This document shows, in pieces, positions 23,257 through 33,114 of a stretch of DNA of 64,000 nt. Both the position numbers and the translations under genes were made by a program. The notes below the pieces were generated by a model. The model was not told the origin of the DNA. It searched no databases and saw only the letters and a program-made list of their open reading frames with translations. Numbering within the stretch: the first letter of the stretch is position 1; every line of letters begins with the position of its first letter. The stretch is from an uncultured Alphaproteobacteria bacterium (GTDB lineage Bacteria; Pseudomonadota; Alphaproteobacteria; RF32; CAG-239), in assembly GCA_934276635.1 (NCBI GenBank), contig CAKQTH010000003.1, forward strand, positions 3,063 to 67,062, in the 5' to 3' direction.

Positions 23257-24337
23257 GGCACAAATGTTCGGTCAAATAGTTCAAAATCAAAAATCCCTGC
23301 GGAGTCGCGCGCAAAAATTCTTTGTCATCAATCAGCAGATTTTCTTTTGCTGCCTGCTCCCAAAAATCCCGATTAATAAAATCATCGAATTTTATGCCGC
23401 AAATTTGAAAAAACTTTTGCTTATCAATTCCTTGCGTCAGGCGAATCCCCATAATCAGCAACTCTTCTGCGCGTTCAAAAGGCGTAAGCTCATATATCTG
23501 TCGATGATGCTCCGTTGCCCGCAACCCGATTCTCCCGTGCGCCGATTTTCCGATACCGATATAATCATCTCCCTGCCAATACAAAAGATTATGTTTTGAT
23601 TCAAAACCTTTTTTCGCATAGTTCGAAACTTCGTATTTTTCATATCCGAAATTGCGCAAAAAGTTTTCGGTATAAAGGTATAACCGCGCCGCATCGTCAT
23701 CATTCATCGGAGCGATTCCTTTTTTTTGAAAAACCGTGCCGTCTTCTATCGTCAACTGATAAAGCGAAATATGTTTAAGGCCGATTTGCGCGGCATACTC
23801 AAGCTCTGACCGCCATTTTTCGGCCGTCTGATGCGGCAACGCATACATCAAATCTGCCGAATGATTGTCAAAAACGCTCAAAACTTCGTCCAGAGCCTGT
23901 TTTGCCTGAGCCGCCGTATGCGTGCGGCCCAAAAAGCGCAGCTCGTCATCATCAAACGACTGCACTCCGAGCGACAAACGATTAATACCGGCGTTTTTCA
24001 AATCCGCAAACAGATTCGGCCTGTCAGTATTCGGATTCGCCTCAAGCGATATTTCAGGACTTTTCACAACGGAAAACTTTTTTGCAATATGGCTCAACAG
24101 CTTTTCAATCAGTTCCGGCCGGATAAGCGATGGAGTCCCGCCGCCGAAAAATACCGACACGATTTTTTCATCGCCGACAAAGCTGTGATAAAAATCCAAA
24201 TCAGCAATATATGAATCGATAATTTCTTCTTGCGGAATATTTTTTGCGATTTCTTTATAAAAATCGCAATACGGGCATTTGCTTTTGCAATACGGCCAAT
24301 GAAAATATATGCCGGCTTTTTTCATATTTTCCGCCAT
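23246..24337 (-). CDS. hemW: Radical-SAM HemN-family protein, HemW-size (363 aa)
   Basis: N-terminal YFHWPYCKSKCPYCDF gives the CxxxCxxC radical-SAM cluster motif; …FFGGGTPSL… is also present. The length fits HemW rather than HemN. Confidence 0.85.
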   Translation of the reverse strand: MAENMKKAGIYFHWPYCKSKCPYCDFYKEIAKNIPQEEIIDSYIADLDFYHSFVGDEKIVSVFFGGGTPSLIRPELIEKLLSHIAKKFSVVKSPEISLEANPNTDRPNLFADLKNAGINRLSLGVQSFDDDELRFLGRTHTAAQAKQALDEVLSVFDNHSADLMYALPHQTAEKWRSELEYAAQIGLKHISLYQLTIEDGTVFQKKGIAPMNDDDAARLYLYTENFLRNFGYEKYEVSNYAKKGFESKHNLLYWQGDDYIGIGKSAHGRIGLRATEHHRQIYELTPFERAEELLIMGIRLTQGIDKQKFFQICGIKFDDFINRDFWEQAAKENLLIDDKEFLRATPQGFLILNYLTEHLCPNR

Positions 24338-24349
24338 ATTTTGCTCTTT

Positions 24350-25174
24350 CTAAATGTTGTTTGCAAGCTGCAGATATTGTTGCGGAGACACATCTTCCGC
24401 CCTGAGCTCAGGAGAAATTTTGAGTTTTTCAAGTATTCCTGTTATGTTAGGAATTGATTTTAAGCTTTGGCGAATCATTTTTCGGCGCTGCCCGAATGCC
24501 AGTTTTGTAATATTTTCCACTTTTGAAAGCTCTTCCGGCGATGGTTGTTCTTCTTTTGGCAAAAACAGCAAAACGGTTGACCAGATTTTCGGCGCCGGAA
24601 CAAAACAATTCGGATTGATATCAAACAATTTTATGACCTGCGTCGTCAACTGCGCCAACACCGACAACCTGCCGTATTCTTTGCTGCCGGTTTCCGCCAT
24701 AATCCTTTGCGCAACTTCTTTTTGAAACATCAGCGTAAGACTCTGATATTCTTTTGCATTTTGCAGCCATCCGGTCAACAGCGGCACAGAGATATTATAT
24801 GGAAGATTGCTGATAATACAACGCGGCGCCGGAACAATTTTTGCAACATTTTGCTCCATCGCATCGCCGTGTATAATTTCAAACGAAAACGAATATTCCT
24901 CTTTGAGCTCACGCATAATCTCTATGCATCGCTCATCGGCCTCAATCACGGTAAGAGACTTCGGAAAATGTTGCAAAACCGCACGCGTCAAGCCTCCGGG
25001 TCCCGGACCGATTTCGACCGCATTACAATCGGAAAAATCTGATTTTTTTTGTTTTTCAAGGCTCTCGCGAACAATTTTGTCGGTAATATTCATATCGAGC
25101 AAAAAATTCTGCCCGAGCGATTTTTTTGCCATAAGCCCGTATTTTTCAACCGTTTCACGCAGTCCCGAAAGCAT
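24350..25174 (-). CDS. rsmA: 16S rRNA (adenine1518/1519-N6) dimethyltransferase
   Basis: 274 aa, …KKSLGQNFLLD…EIGPGPGGLT…SNLPYNIS…; lies downstream of the surA-like gene. Confidence 0.94.
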   Translation of the reverse strand: MLSGLRETVEKYGLMAKKSLGQNFLLDMNITDKIVRESLEKQKKSDFSDCNAVEIGPGPGGLTRAVLQHFPKSLTVIEADERCIEIMRELKEEYSFSFEIIHGDAMEQNVAKIVPAPRCIISNLPYNISVPLLTGWLQNAKEYQSLTLMFQKEVAQRIMAETGSKEYGRLSVLAQLTTQVIKLFDINPNCFVPAPKIWSTVLLFLPKEEQPSPEELSKVENITKLAFGQRRKMIRQSLKSIPNITGILEKLKISPELRAEDVSPQQYLQLANNI

Positions 25175-25178
25175 TGCC

Positions 25179-26222
25179 TCAACCTCTTATTTCAATAATC
25201 GCGCGGTTGCGGATATCCTGCATCAGGCGGTTTACATATTCGTCCGTCTTTTTGTTCTGCAAATATTTTCCGACTTCCTGATCTGACGGAACTTTTGCAT
25301 TGTCCTTTTGCGGGTTATATTTTGCCATCAGCTTTATAATATAATATTTATCGCCGATTCTGACCGCGTCGGATACCGCGCCGTCTTTCATTTTTTCAAG
25401 CTGTTTGACAAGTTTTTCATTAAGCGTTTCTTTATTGACCCAGCCGAGATTTCCGCCTCGTCCAGCAGATGCGCTTCCCGAAAATTGCATTGCATAGAGT
25501 TCAAACCGCGGATCTTCTCGCAAAACCGCCACCAAATCTTCTATACTGCGGGCATTTTTGACCGGAATCACAATTTCTGAAATCATATATCGACTTTTTT
25601 GCAAATCCTGTTCAATATCTTTCTTTTCCTGCTTAATTTCAGCGGGCGTAACCTGAGCATATGCGCCGGCTTTTTTGGATATCAGTTTTTGCCATGCCGC
25701 ATCTGCCTCAATTTTTGTTTTCAGACTGCTGATATTCACCCCGTCAAGCGCCAACACCTGCTCAAGTTTTTCAAGCGGAATTTTGTTGCTTTTGGCAAAA
25801 GCGGCCAATGACGCCTGAATTTCTTTTTCGGGTATGGTAATTCCGTTTTTGCGCGCTTCCACAATTTTGAGTTTTTCATCAATCAGCGACTGCATAACCC
25901 GCTGCATAATCATATCCTTTGTTTTTGCGTTATACAAAATTCCGGTATTTACAACAAACATATTGACCGAACTTTGCAAATCGTTGCTTGAAATTATATC
26001 GCCGTTGACCAACGCCACAATTTTATATTTTCCGCCGAAAAGTTTTACGGGTTTCGGGCGCTGCGGTTCCTGCGGCACGGGCTCGCTTGCCTGCGCAATC
26101 TGCGGCGCGGGCTGTTGCGGCTGCATCGCATCAATCTCCGACTGTCTGAAAACAACCGACTGCGCAAACGCGACAGAGGCAAAACAAATATACGCAGACA
26201 TCATCAACAAAAATTTTTTCAT
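25179..26222 (-). CDS. surA: SurA-like periplasmic chaperone / parvulin-type PPIase
   Basis: 347 aa with signal peptide MKKFLLMMSAYICFASVAFA, a SurA-type N-domain, and a parvulin segment (…SASAGRGGNLGWVNKETL…). Located between lptD and rsmA. Confidence 0.8.
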   Translation of the reverse strand: MKKFLLMMSAYICFASVAFAQSVVFRQSEIDAMQPQQPAPQIAQASEPVPQEPQRPKPVKLFGGKYKIVALVNGDIISSNDLQSSVNMFVVNTGILYNAKTKDMIMQRVMQSLIDEKLKIVEARKNGITIPEKEIQASLAAFAKSNKIPLEKLEQVLALDGVNISSLKTKIEADAAWQKLISKKAGAYAQVTPAEIKQEKKDIEQDLQKSRYMISEIVIPVKNARSIEDLVAVLREDPRFELYAMQFSGSASAGRGGNLGWVNKETLNEKLVKQLEKMKDGAVSDAVRIGDKYYIIKLMAKYNPQKDNAKVPSDQEVGKYLQNKKTDEYVNRLMQDIRNRAIIEIRG

Positions 26223-26234
26223 CTCAAAATTCTC

Positions 26235-28502
26235 CTATGCTCCAAAACCGCCCAAGGTTTTCAAATAAAAAGTAAAGCCGAATTCATATCCGTTGTCAAG
26301 ACTCGGGTCGCTGGAATTATAGCGGCTGATTTTCCCGATAAGTTTCAGGCACTCGTCTTCATAAATCAAACTTCCGCCATGCTCAAGCGAACCGCCGTCT
26401 TTCGTCAGATCCTGACGGTTAAACAAAGTCACGCTCCAATCTTTTGTGAGTTGCGAAGAAACAGCGGTATAGAGCTCTTGTCGTTCGTCTATATTTTCCG
26501 AATAATGAGCATTATCCCTCAAATATATGTATGAAATATAAAAGTTTAAGATATCGGAACCGATTTTTGCGCCCAATTCGCTGTATCTGACCGAAAGATT
26601 GTCCTTATCCAGCCTAAAACGATAGTTAAAATCAAGATATTCGCTCGGCGCGGCATAAATTCGGCCGACATAATCCGTCAGATTTCCTTTTTCGTTAATC
26701 TGTGAGGTAAAACTTTCTGTCCTGTTAAAACGATAGCTTTGCGCAATAAATGCAGATGTGCGGCCTGTATATTCACCATATGAGCTCCAGTTAAAACCAT
26801 AGCTGATGCGGCTGCCGGTATCGTTTCGGTCATATCCGGAATATCTGTCCAAATCCAAAATGTTCGTATCATCAAGGTCTACATCCTGGCTGTCTTCATT
26901 CGGAATTTTTCTGTCTTTGTTGCCGCCGTTCGGAGCCAGCACCGCGACGATAACCGGTTCTAAAATCTGGCGCGATGTTTCGGAGGCGCGAATCAGCGGA
27001 TATTTCCATTCCACGCCCAACTGCGGAAAAATTCTGTAAGTTTCGCCGGTAAATTCTTCATTTTGGGTATTTTTATAGCTGTTGACATAATACAAATCAG
27101 ATTTTACGGACGCCACAAATTTATACTTTTCGCCAATCGGGCTGGTATATGGCAAAACCCACGAATTTATCATTGTCGCGCGCTGCGTACTTTGAGAATC
27201 TTCATGATAAATCGAGGCAAAATCAAATGTGTTTTTGAAATACGAGCCGATAGAAGACGAATCGCTGATATTTTCATATGTCATAAGCGGAAGAACCAGA
27301 GGTTTGTTGCTGTCCTGACGCAAATATTCATTACGGTCGTTTTCTCTGAGGTTGTAACTGATAAGCGTGTAATAATAAGCGCTTATTGCCGCATAATCCC
27401 GATTGTCATACCCCTGCAGATTTACATTTGATATCAGCCACGCATCATCTTTTTGCGCCAGCGACAATTCTTTCAAATATAAATCATCAGAAACATAGTT
27501 TATATCCGCGTCGGCCACCCAAAAATCCGTCAATTCATAACGGCCTTTAGCAAAAATATTTCCTCTGTGCTCCTTGCGGTCAGACGCCGTATCGTTAAGG
27601 TACGACCCCGTAAAATCAATTTCTCCGGAATAAGTATATGCCTCATATCTTCCGCCGATTATCGGATTTTTACCGGTTGACAATATTGGGTTAAATGTAA
27701 AATTTTGATGATCGGAAACATCAAAAAAATACGGAGTTTCAAGCGTTGCTCCCAAATAAGAGTTGCTTCCGATTGTTGGAGATAAAAAGCCGGAACGGCG
27801 CTTTACCGACGGATCAGGGTGCGACAAAAACGGCGTATAAAGAACCGGAATATTTTTTACCTTCAAAACCGCATCATTATAGTTTATGTTTTGGCTTTCG
27901 GCATCGTGTTTGACTTTGCGGGCATTAATCTGCCAAAGCGGGTGCTTTCCTTCGCAAAAATCGCACGGAGTATACATTGCGTCTTCAACCACTTTGTCAT
28001 TGTTTTGGCGTTTGCGGAATGACTTTGCAAAAACCTTTGTGCCGTCAACCATTTCCACCTTGATTTTTTCCATAAACGCACGACTCATGTGATCGGAAAG
28101 CTCGACATTGTCGGCATATACCACATTGCCACCTTCTTCACTCAAGCGAACATTCCCGACCGCCGAAATGCTGTCGTTTTTCTGATTATAAATCACCTTG
28201 TCGGCATTAAGCTTCATTGTCGAATACAAAATCTCGACATTTCCGGACGCGGTAACCGTGCCGTTTTTGTTGTCGCTTTCCATTGTATCGGCGCTGAAAT
28301 CTATGTCATCAGTATCATCCTTCGGCCCCGAAACAATTTGCGTAATATTCTGCGACGGATTGACTTCGGCAAACGGAGACGCGTTTTCTTTTTTTCGCGG
28401 TTCGCCGGCAACTTTTTCTCTGGCCGCAACCGCTCCTGAAACTATTCCCAGAACAAGCGTCAGCAACAAAAATATTTTTGCGATACTTTTATGCATCTTC
28501 AA
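26235..28502 (-). CDS. lptD: LPS-assembly outer-membrane protein LptD
   Basis: 755 aa with a signal peptide, an OstA-like N-domain (…FSADTMESDNKNGTVTASGNVEILYSTMKLNADKVIY…) and a large aromatic-rich beta-barrel region. Context is lptG-lptD-surA. Confidence 0.9.
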   Translation of the reverse strand: MKMHKSIAKIFLLLTLVLGIVSGAVAAREKVAGEPRKKENASPFAEVNPSQNITQIVSGPKDDTDDIDFSADTMESDNKNGTVTASGNVEILYSTMKLNADKVIYNQKNDSISAVGNVRLSEEGGNVVYADNVELSDHMSRAFMEKIKVEMVDGTKVFAKSFRKRQNNDKVVEDAMYTPCDFCEGKHPLWQINARKVKHDAESQNINYNDAVLKVKNIPVLYTPFLSHPDPSVKRRSGFLSPTIGSNSYLGATLETPYFFDVSDHQNFTFNPILSTGKNPIIGGRYEAYTYSGEIDFTGSYLNDTASDRKEHRGNIFAKGRYELTDFWVADADINYVSDDLYLKELSLAQKDDAWLISNVNLQGYDNRDYAAISAYYYTLISYNLRENDRNEYLRQDSNKPLVLPLMTYENISDSSSIGSYFKNTFDFASIYHEDSQSTQRATMINSWVLPYTSPIGEKYKFVASVKSDLYYVNSYKNTQNEEFTGETYRIFPQLGVEWKYPLIRASETSRQILEPVIVAVLAPNGGNKDRKIPNEDSQDVDLDDTNILDLDRYSGYDRNDTGSRISYGFNWSSYGEYTGRTSAFIAQSYRFNRTESFTSQINEKGNLTDYVGRIYAAPSEYLDFNYRFRLDKDNLSVRYSELGAKIGSDILNFYISYIYLRDNAHYSENIDERQELYTAVSSQLTKDWSVTLFNRQDLTKDGGSLEHGGSLIYEDECLKLIGKISRYNSSDPSLDNGYEFGFTFYLKTLGGFGA

Positions 28503-29643
28503 ATCCCCGATATTTTTTTCTGAAAAACCGCAGGTTCGGATTATAAAACAACAGCATATAAAAGCATACGAACAGCGGGAACAAACAATTAAGATACATC
28601 AGCGGCAAAAAATATAACGATGATTGCGTCAAATTTGAAAATGCCAAATCGCCGGCCTGAATCGCAATCATTGCCGCCACAGATCCGAGCACGATTTTTG
28701 TTTGTCCTCTGCGGTTAAAATTCCCGACCAAAAGCCCCGTGCAACCCAAAAGAGAAAGGACCAGAGCATATATCGGGCTCAAAATACGCTTATTCCCTTC
28801 AACGATATATCTGCGGATTTCCACCTCGCTGAGCGACGCGTCATCTTTTGCGTTCAGCAACTCGAACAAGGTTTTTGAGCGCGCACCGGCTTCTTTTTTC
28901 TGCTTTTGTTCAAAGTTGCCGATTTCCACCGAATATCTCTCAAAAGAAAGCGATGAAAAACTGTAATCCTTGGTGTTAACCTCTTGCCGCGAGCCTTTCA
29001 CCAAAATAATTCTCGGACCAGCATCGGAATAGATTATGCGGCCTCTTTCGGCGGAAAACGTAACCTTTGTGCCTACTTTGCGCTCATCGTTAACCAAAAT
29101 TCCGCTAACCGAACCATCGTCTTCGTGCCCGCTGATAAACACCGTCAGATTCGGCTGAACCTGTGTAAATTCACCTTCTTTAAGTAGCAAATGAGTTGCA
29201 TCGTTTTTCACCTGCCACTGCAGCTCGTTCAGCTTTCTTTCTGCGGCAAAAACCACATAGTTATTTACATAAAAGCAAAAACAGGTCAAAAACAACCCGA
29301 CATAAATCGCAGGTTTGGCATTTTGCAGAGGACCGATTCCGGCCGCCTGAATCACTGGGATCTCTCTGTCCATAACCATTCGGTTATAAACAAACAACGA
29401 TGCGGTAAACAACGCAATCGGCGCAAGAATGATAAAAAGCCTCGGCATCAGCATTGATGTCATTTCAATAAACAAAAACAGCGGCAATCCTTTGCTCGTC
29501 ACCATTCCCATAAAACGAAGCGATTGCGTAAGCCACAAAATCGACAGCAATGAAAAAACAACCAACAGAAATCCGACCAAAATCTGTTTTGATATATATT
29601 TGTTCAATATTTTCATACGGCGGATTATAACAAAAGATTCCAA
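28489..29643 (-). CDS. lptG: LptF/LptG-family LPS export permease (position suggests LptG)
   Basis: 384 aa with YjgP/YjgQ-like topology: three TM helices, a periplasmic beta-rich insert, then three more TM helices. Overlaps the lptD start by 14 nt. The more likely start is ATG at 29613 (MKILNKYISKQIL…). Confidence 0.8.
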   Translation of the reverse strand: MESFVIIRRMKILNKYISKQILVGFLLVVFSLLSILWLTQSLRFMGMVTSKGLPLFLFIEMTSMLMPRLFIILAPIALFTASLFVYNRMVMDREIPVIQAAGIGPLQNAKPAIYVGLFLTCFCFYVNNYVVFAAERKLNELQWQVKNDATHLLLKEGEFTQVQPNLTVFISGHEDDGSVSGILVNDERKVGTKVTFSAERGRIIYSDAGPRIILVKGSRQEVNTKDYSFSSLSFERYSVEIGNFEQKQKKEAGARSKTLFELLNAKDDASLSEVEIRRYIVEGNKRILSPIYALVLSLLGCTGLLVGNFNRRGQTKIVLGSVAAMIAIQAGDLAFSNLTQSSLYFLPLMYLNCLFPLFVCFYMLLFYNPNLRFFRKKYRGFEDA

Positions 29644-29708
29644 TAAAAAAACTAATATTTTAGAATAACCACAAAATATTAGCTTTTTTATCGAAAATTT
29701 CGGCGATA

Positions 29709-30287
29709 TCAGAGTTCAATCTGCGGCTTTTTGGTAACAACGACCATCGCTTCACGCAAAATTCTGTCGCCTATCATATATCCGGTCTGCAATTCGGCAA
29801 CAACTGTGCCGTTTTCTTTTTCGTTATCTTCAACTTCTTGAACCACGCGGTGAAAATTCGGATTAAAAACGGTGTTCATCGCGTCCATTTTTTTGATGCC
29901 GAATTTTTCAAAAACTTTAGTAAGCTCATTTTGCGTCAGCTTAATTCCCTCGAGTAAACCACTGGCATTTTGTGCGCCGTTTTGCGCCGCATCAATTGCG
30001 CGCTGCAGATTGTCGGCAACTCCGAGCAAATCTTTTGCAAATGACGATATCGCATATTTATTGTTCTTTTCTATTTCGGCAGCGCATCTTTTTTTGAGGT
30101 TTTCCATATCGGCAAGCGCACGCAAAAAATCGTCTTTCAGTTTGTCGCGTTCTTCCTGCAAAGTCTCAATCATATTTTGTGCTTCAGCATGTTCATCGAG
30201 AACATTTTTTTCCGCAAAATTTTCTTCTTCAAAATTTTCCACAGAATTTTCTTCCGGCATTTCGTGTTTTTTATAATCTTTTTTCAT
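29709..30287 (-). CDS. grpE: Nucleotide exchange factor GrpE
   Basis: 192 aa, …LRALADMENLKKR…, …FNPNFHRVVQEV…GYMIGDRILREAMVVV. Confidence 0.94.
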   Translation of the reverse strand: MKKDYKKHEMPEENSVENFEEENFAEKNVLDEHAEAQNMIETLQEERDKLKDDFLRALADMENLKKRCAAEIEKNNKYAISSFAKDLLGVADNLQRAIDAAQNGAQNASGLLEGIKLTQNELTKVFEKFGIKKMDAMNTVFNPNFHRVVQEVEDNEKENGTVVAELQTGYMIGDRILREAMVVVTKKPQIEL

Positions 30288-30437
30288 TTTCCGCCCTTTA
30301 ATTTATATACAAAAGTCTTATATCAAAGAAGTTAGTTACAAAAAACCACAAAGTCAAGAGTTTCAAAAATTTTGTTGTATTTTATGTGTCATTGTGCTAC
30401 ATTATGCGACAATTACTTTGTAGATTAAGAGGAAAAA

Positions 30438-32474
30438 ATGACCAGAACATATATCAATAACGAAAAACCCGCATCTTTTTTGCCGAATGACTTTAACAAA
30501 AAGAAATTTGCGGTATCTTATTCTCCGGTCAGCAACCCTTATCTCAAAGACATTCAAAACTCAGCCCGAAAAACCTGTTTAGGCAAAAGAGAATGGCCGC
30601 AGATTGACACCATTTCAACCTGGATGGTAACCGCCGAAACCGCAACTTTTATGAAGTGGGGCGGATTGGGCATGGTCGCCTCCGAGTTGGCCGAATCGTT
30701 CAACTGCTGTTTTGGCAAAGACGGGCACTCGTGCACAGTTGTAACCCCGCTGTATTTGGGCAACACCGGAAAGAAAAAAACATCTTTTGAAAATGATATA
30801 TATTTCGGCGCTGAAAACAAACAAATACCGCTTCAAAAAATCTGTCGGTTGTCGGTTCCGTTTATGAACGAGCATCAAAAGCTTGTCGGGCACAATACCG
30901 ATGTTTTTTGCGGAAATTTCAACGGAGTTGATTATATCTTTTTGAGCAACAACCGCTTTTTTTCGATAAATCCGCACAAAGACAATCCGCCGGCTCAAGA
31001 CGGCTGCTATGTGTTAAACGAATTTAATATCAACGAAGTTGAAAGATTTGCATTCTTTTCAAAGGCTGTATACTGCTTGCTTGAAAAAATCTGCAAAAGA
31101 GGAATAAAAGGCCTCAAAAAACCGAACTCGGTTATTGCTAACGATTGGCACAGCGGTGCGCTCTCCGGCCTTACAAAATATTTTACCGCCGCAAAATTGA
31201 TGCAAAATCAGATAGAAAAGCCTTTGGCCGATGAACTGCACAATATGCCGATTATTCATATTGCGCATCATTTAGGCTATCAGGGCTGGGATTATGAGAA
31301 CACCGCAAAAATCCTTAATTCGTTGTATGAAGGTTTGGCTTCCGTTGTGTTCAAAAATGCCAAAACCACCAAAAACAACAATCCGCGGACGCAAAATACC
31401 CTTATCGTCCACGACTGTTACAATCAGGCTTCCTGCAATTTCAATCTTGCCGACCGCGTGGTTACGGTTTCCAAAAACTATTTGGAAGAAACATCAAAAG
31501 AAAAATGTTTCGGCTATGATTTTCGCGATATTCTTAAGATTAGAAAAGACCATCGCAACTTTTTCGGCATTGTAAACGGATATGAAAAAAATTTGATTTC
31601 GCCGAACAAAGATAAAATCAATCACTTGAACGAATATTTTAAAGACTTTGATTTCAGGGTTTTTGACGACAATTCTTTATATAACAAACTGCATAACAAA
31701 CAAGAATTTATCAGGCTCCTCTCAAAGCTGGCATCTGATGAAAAATATAAGGAACAGACCATTCCGTTGGTCGACATCTACAAATTTGACGACATTTTCG
31801 GCTCAATCAAAAACTTTAAGAAAACGCCGATAATCTGCGCAACCAGCCGATTGGTTGAACAAAAAGGCTATGACATCGCAACTCAGGCAATTATCAACCT
31901 GATAAAAGAGCACGCCGACCTGCATAAAGAATATCCGATTGTGGTAATGGGCGGCGCCGGAAACAAGCACTGCTTTGAAACTCTCGGAAGGTTGAAAGAT
32001 ACCATTGCTCAGTCTTATCCCGAGATTGCAAAACGCATCTTTGTCTTTTGCGGATATAAAGACGAGTTTGCTTATGCAATCCAACTAGCGTCCGACTTTT
32101 ATATGATGCCATCAAAATTTGAGCCGTGCGGGCTTACACAGATGGAGGCCATGGCAAAAGGCGCTCTTCCGATTGCAATGTCCACCGGCGGCTTAGTTGA
32201 TACTATTGACGACGGGATTGACGGGTTTCGCACCAAAGTATTTTTCACCGACAACAACACAAAAGTATACGGCGACAATCGCAGTGCAAAAAGGCTTGAA
32301 AACAACACCAACGCCTATGCCGAAACCATATGGCGCGCGCTCTGCCTGTTTTATTCAAAACCGCAAAAGCTCAAAGTTATGACTCAAAACGCAATGCGCA
32401 AAGATTTCAGTTGGAAAATCGAAAAAGGCTCGATTTATAAATATTTCAACCTGCTGAAAACCGGACATTTATAA
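30438..32474 (+). CDS. Glycogen/starch-synthase-like GT5 glycosyltransferase, unusually long (678 aa)
   Basis: The N-terminal motif …ETATFMKWGGLGMVASEL… corresponds to KxGGLxDV. The C-terminal PSKFEPCGLTQMEAMAKGALPIAMSTGGLVDTI matches the GlgA PSRFEPCGL…GGL motif. Confidence 0.8.
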   Translation: MTRTYINNEKPASFLPNDFNKKKFAVSYSPVSNPYLKDIQNSARKTCLGKREWPQIDTISTWMVTAETATFMKWGGLGMVASELAESFNCCFGKDGHSCTVVTPLYLGNTGKKKTSFENDIYFGAENKQIPLQKICRLSVPFMNEHQKLVGHNTDVFCGNFNGVDYIFLSNNRFFSINPHKDNPPAQDGCYVLNEFNINEVERFAFFSKAVYCLLEKICKRGIKGLKKPNSVIANDWHSGALSGLTKYFTAAKLMQNQIEKPLADELHNMPIIHIAHHLGYQGWDYENTAKILNSLYEGLASVVFKNAKTTKNNNPRTQNTLIVHDCYNQASCNFNLADRVVTVSKNYLEETSKEKCFGYDFRDILKIRKDHRNFFGIVNGYEKNLISPNKDKINHLNEYFKDFDFRVFDDNSLYNKLHNKQEFIRLLSKLASDEKYKEQTIPLVDIYKFDDIFGSIKNFKKTPIICATSRLVEQKGYDIATQAIINLIKEHADLHKEYPIVVMGGAGNKHCFETLGRLKDTIAQSYPEIAKRIFVFCGYKDEFAYAIQLASDFYMMPSKFEPCGLTQMEAMAKGALPIAMSTGGLVDTIDDGIDGFRTKVFFTDNNTKVYGDNRSAKRLENNTNAYAETIWRALCLFYSKPQKLKVMTQNAMRKDFSWKIEKGSIYKYFNLLKTGHL

Positions 32475-33113
32475 ACATTTGTCTTTACTGTTGCAAAATT
32501 TTGCTATCGGACATTGCCCGCACAGCGGATTTTTTGCTTTGCAAATATATCTTCCGAACAGAACCAGCCAATGATTCAGATTTTTGTGAAACTCCGGCGG
32601 AATTTTTTTGCTTAAATCTTTTTCCACCTCAAACGGAGTTTTGCCATCGGAGAATTCCAACCGATGCGCAACTCTGAATACATGTGTATCAACCGCAATC
32701 GTCGGCTGACCAGACCACACATTCAGCACCACATTTGCCGTTTTGCGGCCGACACCCGGCAAATTTTCAAGCTCTTCCCGAACCGGCGGTACTTCACCTC
32801 CGAACTTTTCCTGCAAATCCGCCGACAAACGCATAATGTTTTTTGCCTTATTGTTATAAAGCCCGATGGTTTTGATATAATTTTTAAGTTTTTCTTCGCC
32901 GAGAGCCAACATTTTTTGCGGAGTATCCGCCGCGGCAAACAGAGCTTTCGTTGCTTTGTTCACACCTTTGTCGGTCGACTGCGCCGAAAGCAAAACCGCA
33001 ACCAGCAAAGTATACGCATTAGAAAACTCCAACTCACATTTCGGGTCGGGATTTTGCTCTCTGAAAATTTCCATAATTTGAGAAATTCTTCTGTTTTCGC
33101 CGATTTTGCTCAT
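32469..33113 (-). CDS. nth: Endonuclease III
   Basis: 214 aa with HhH-GPD (…LPGVGRKTANVVLN…) and a C-terminal 4Fe-4S loop, CKAKNPLCGQCPIAKFC. Confidence 0.94.
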   Translation of the reverse strand: MSKIGENRRISQIMEIFREQNPDPKCELEFSNAYTLLVAVLLSAQSTDKGVNKATKALFAAADTPQKMLALGEEKLKNYIKTIGLYNNKAKNIMRLSADLQEKFGGEVPPVREELENLPGVGRKTANVVLNVWSGQPTIAVDTHVFRVAHRLEFSDGKTPFEVEKDLSKKIPPEFHKNLNHWLVLFGRYICKAKNPLCGQCPIAKFCNSKDKCL

Positions 33114-33114
33114 T

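Noticed and set aside
30288-30437. CIRCE operator or sigma32 heat-shock promoter upstream of grpE
   Set aside because: No TTAGCACTC-N9-GAGTGCTAA-like inverted repeat is present. Only a weak CTTGAC…CTAACTT resemblance to heat-shock promoters is present, too poor to call.
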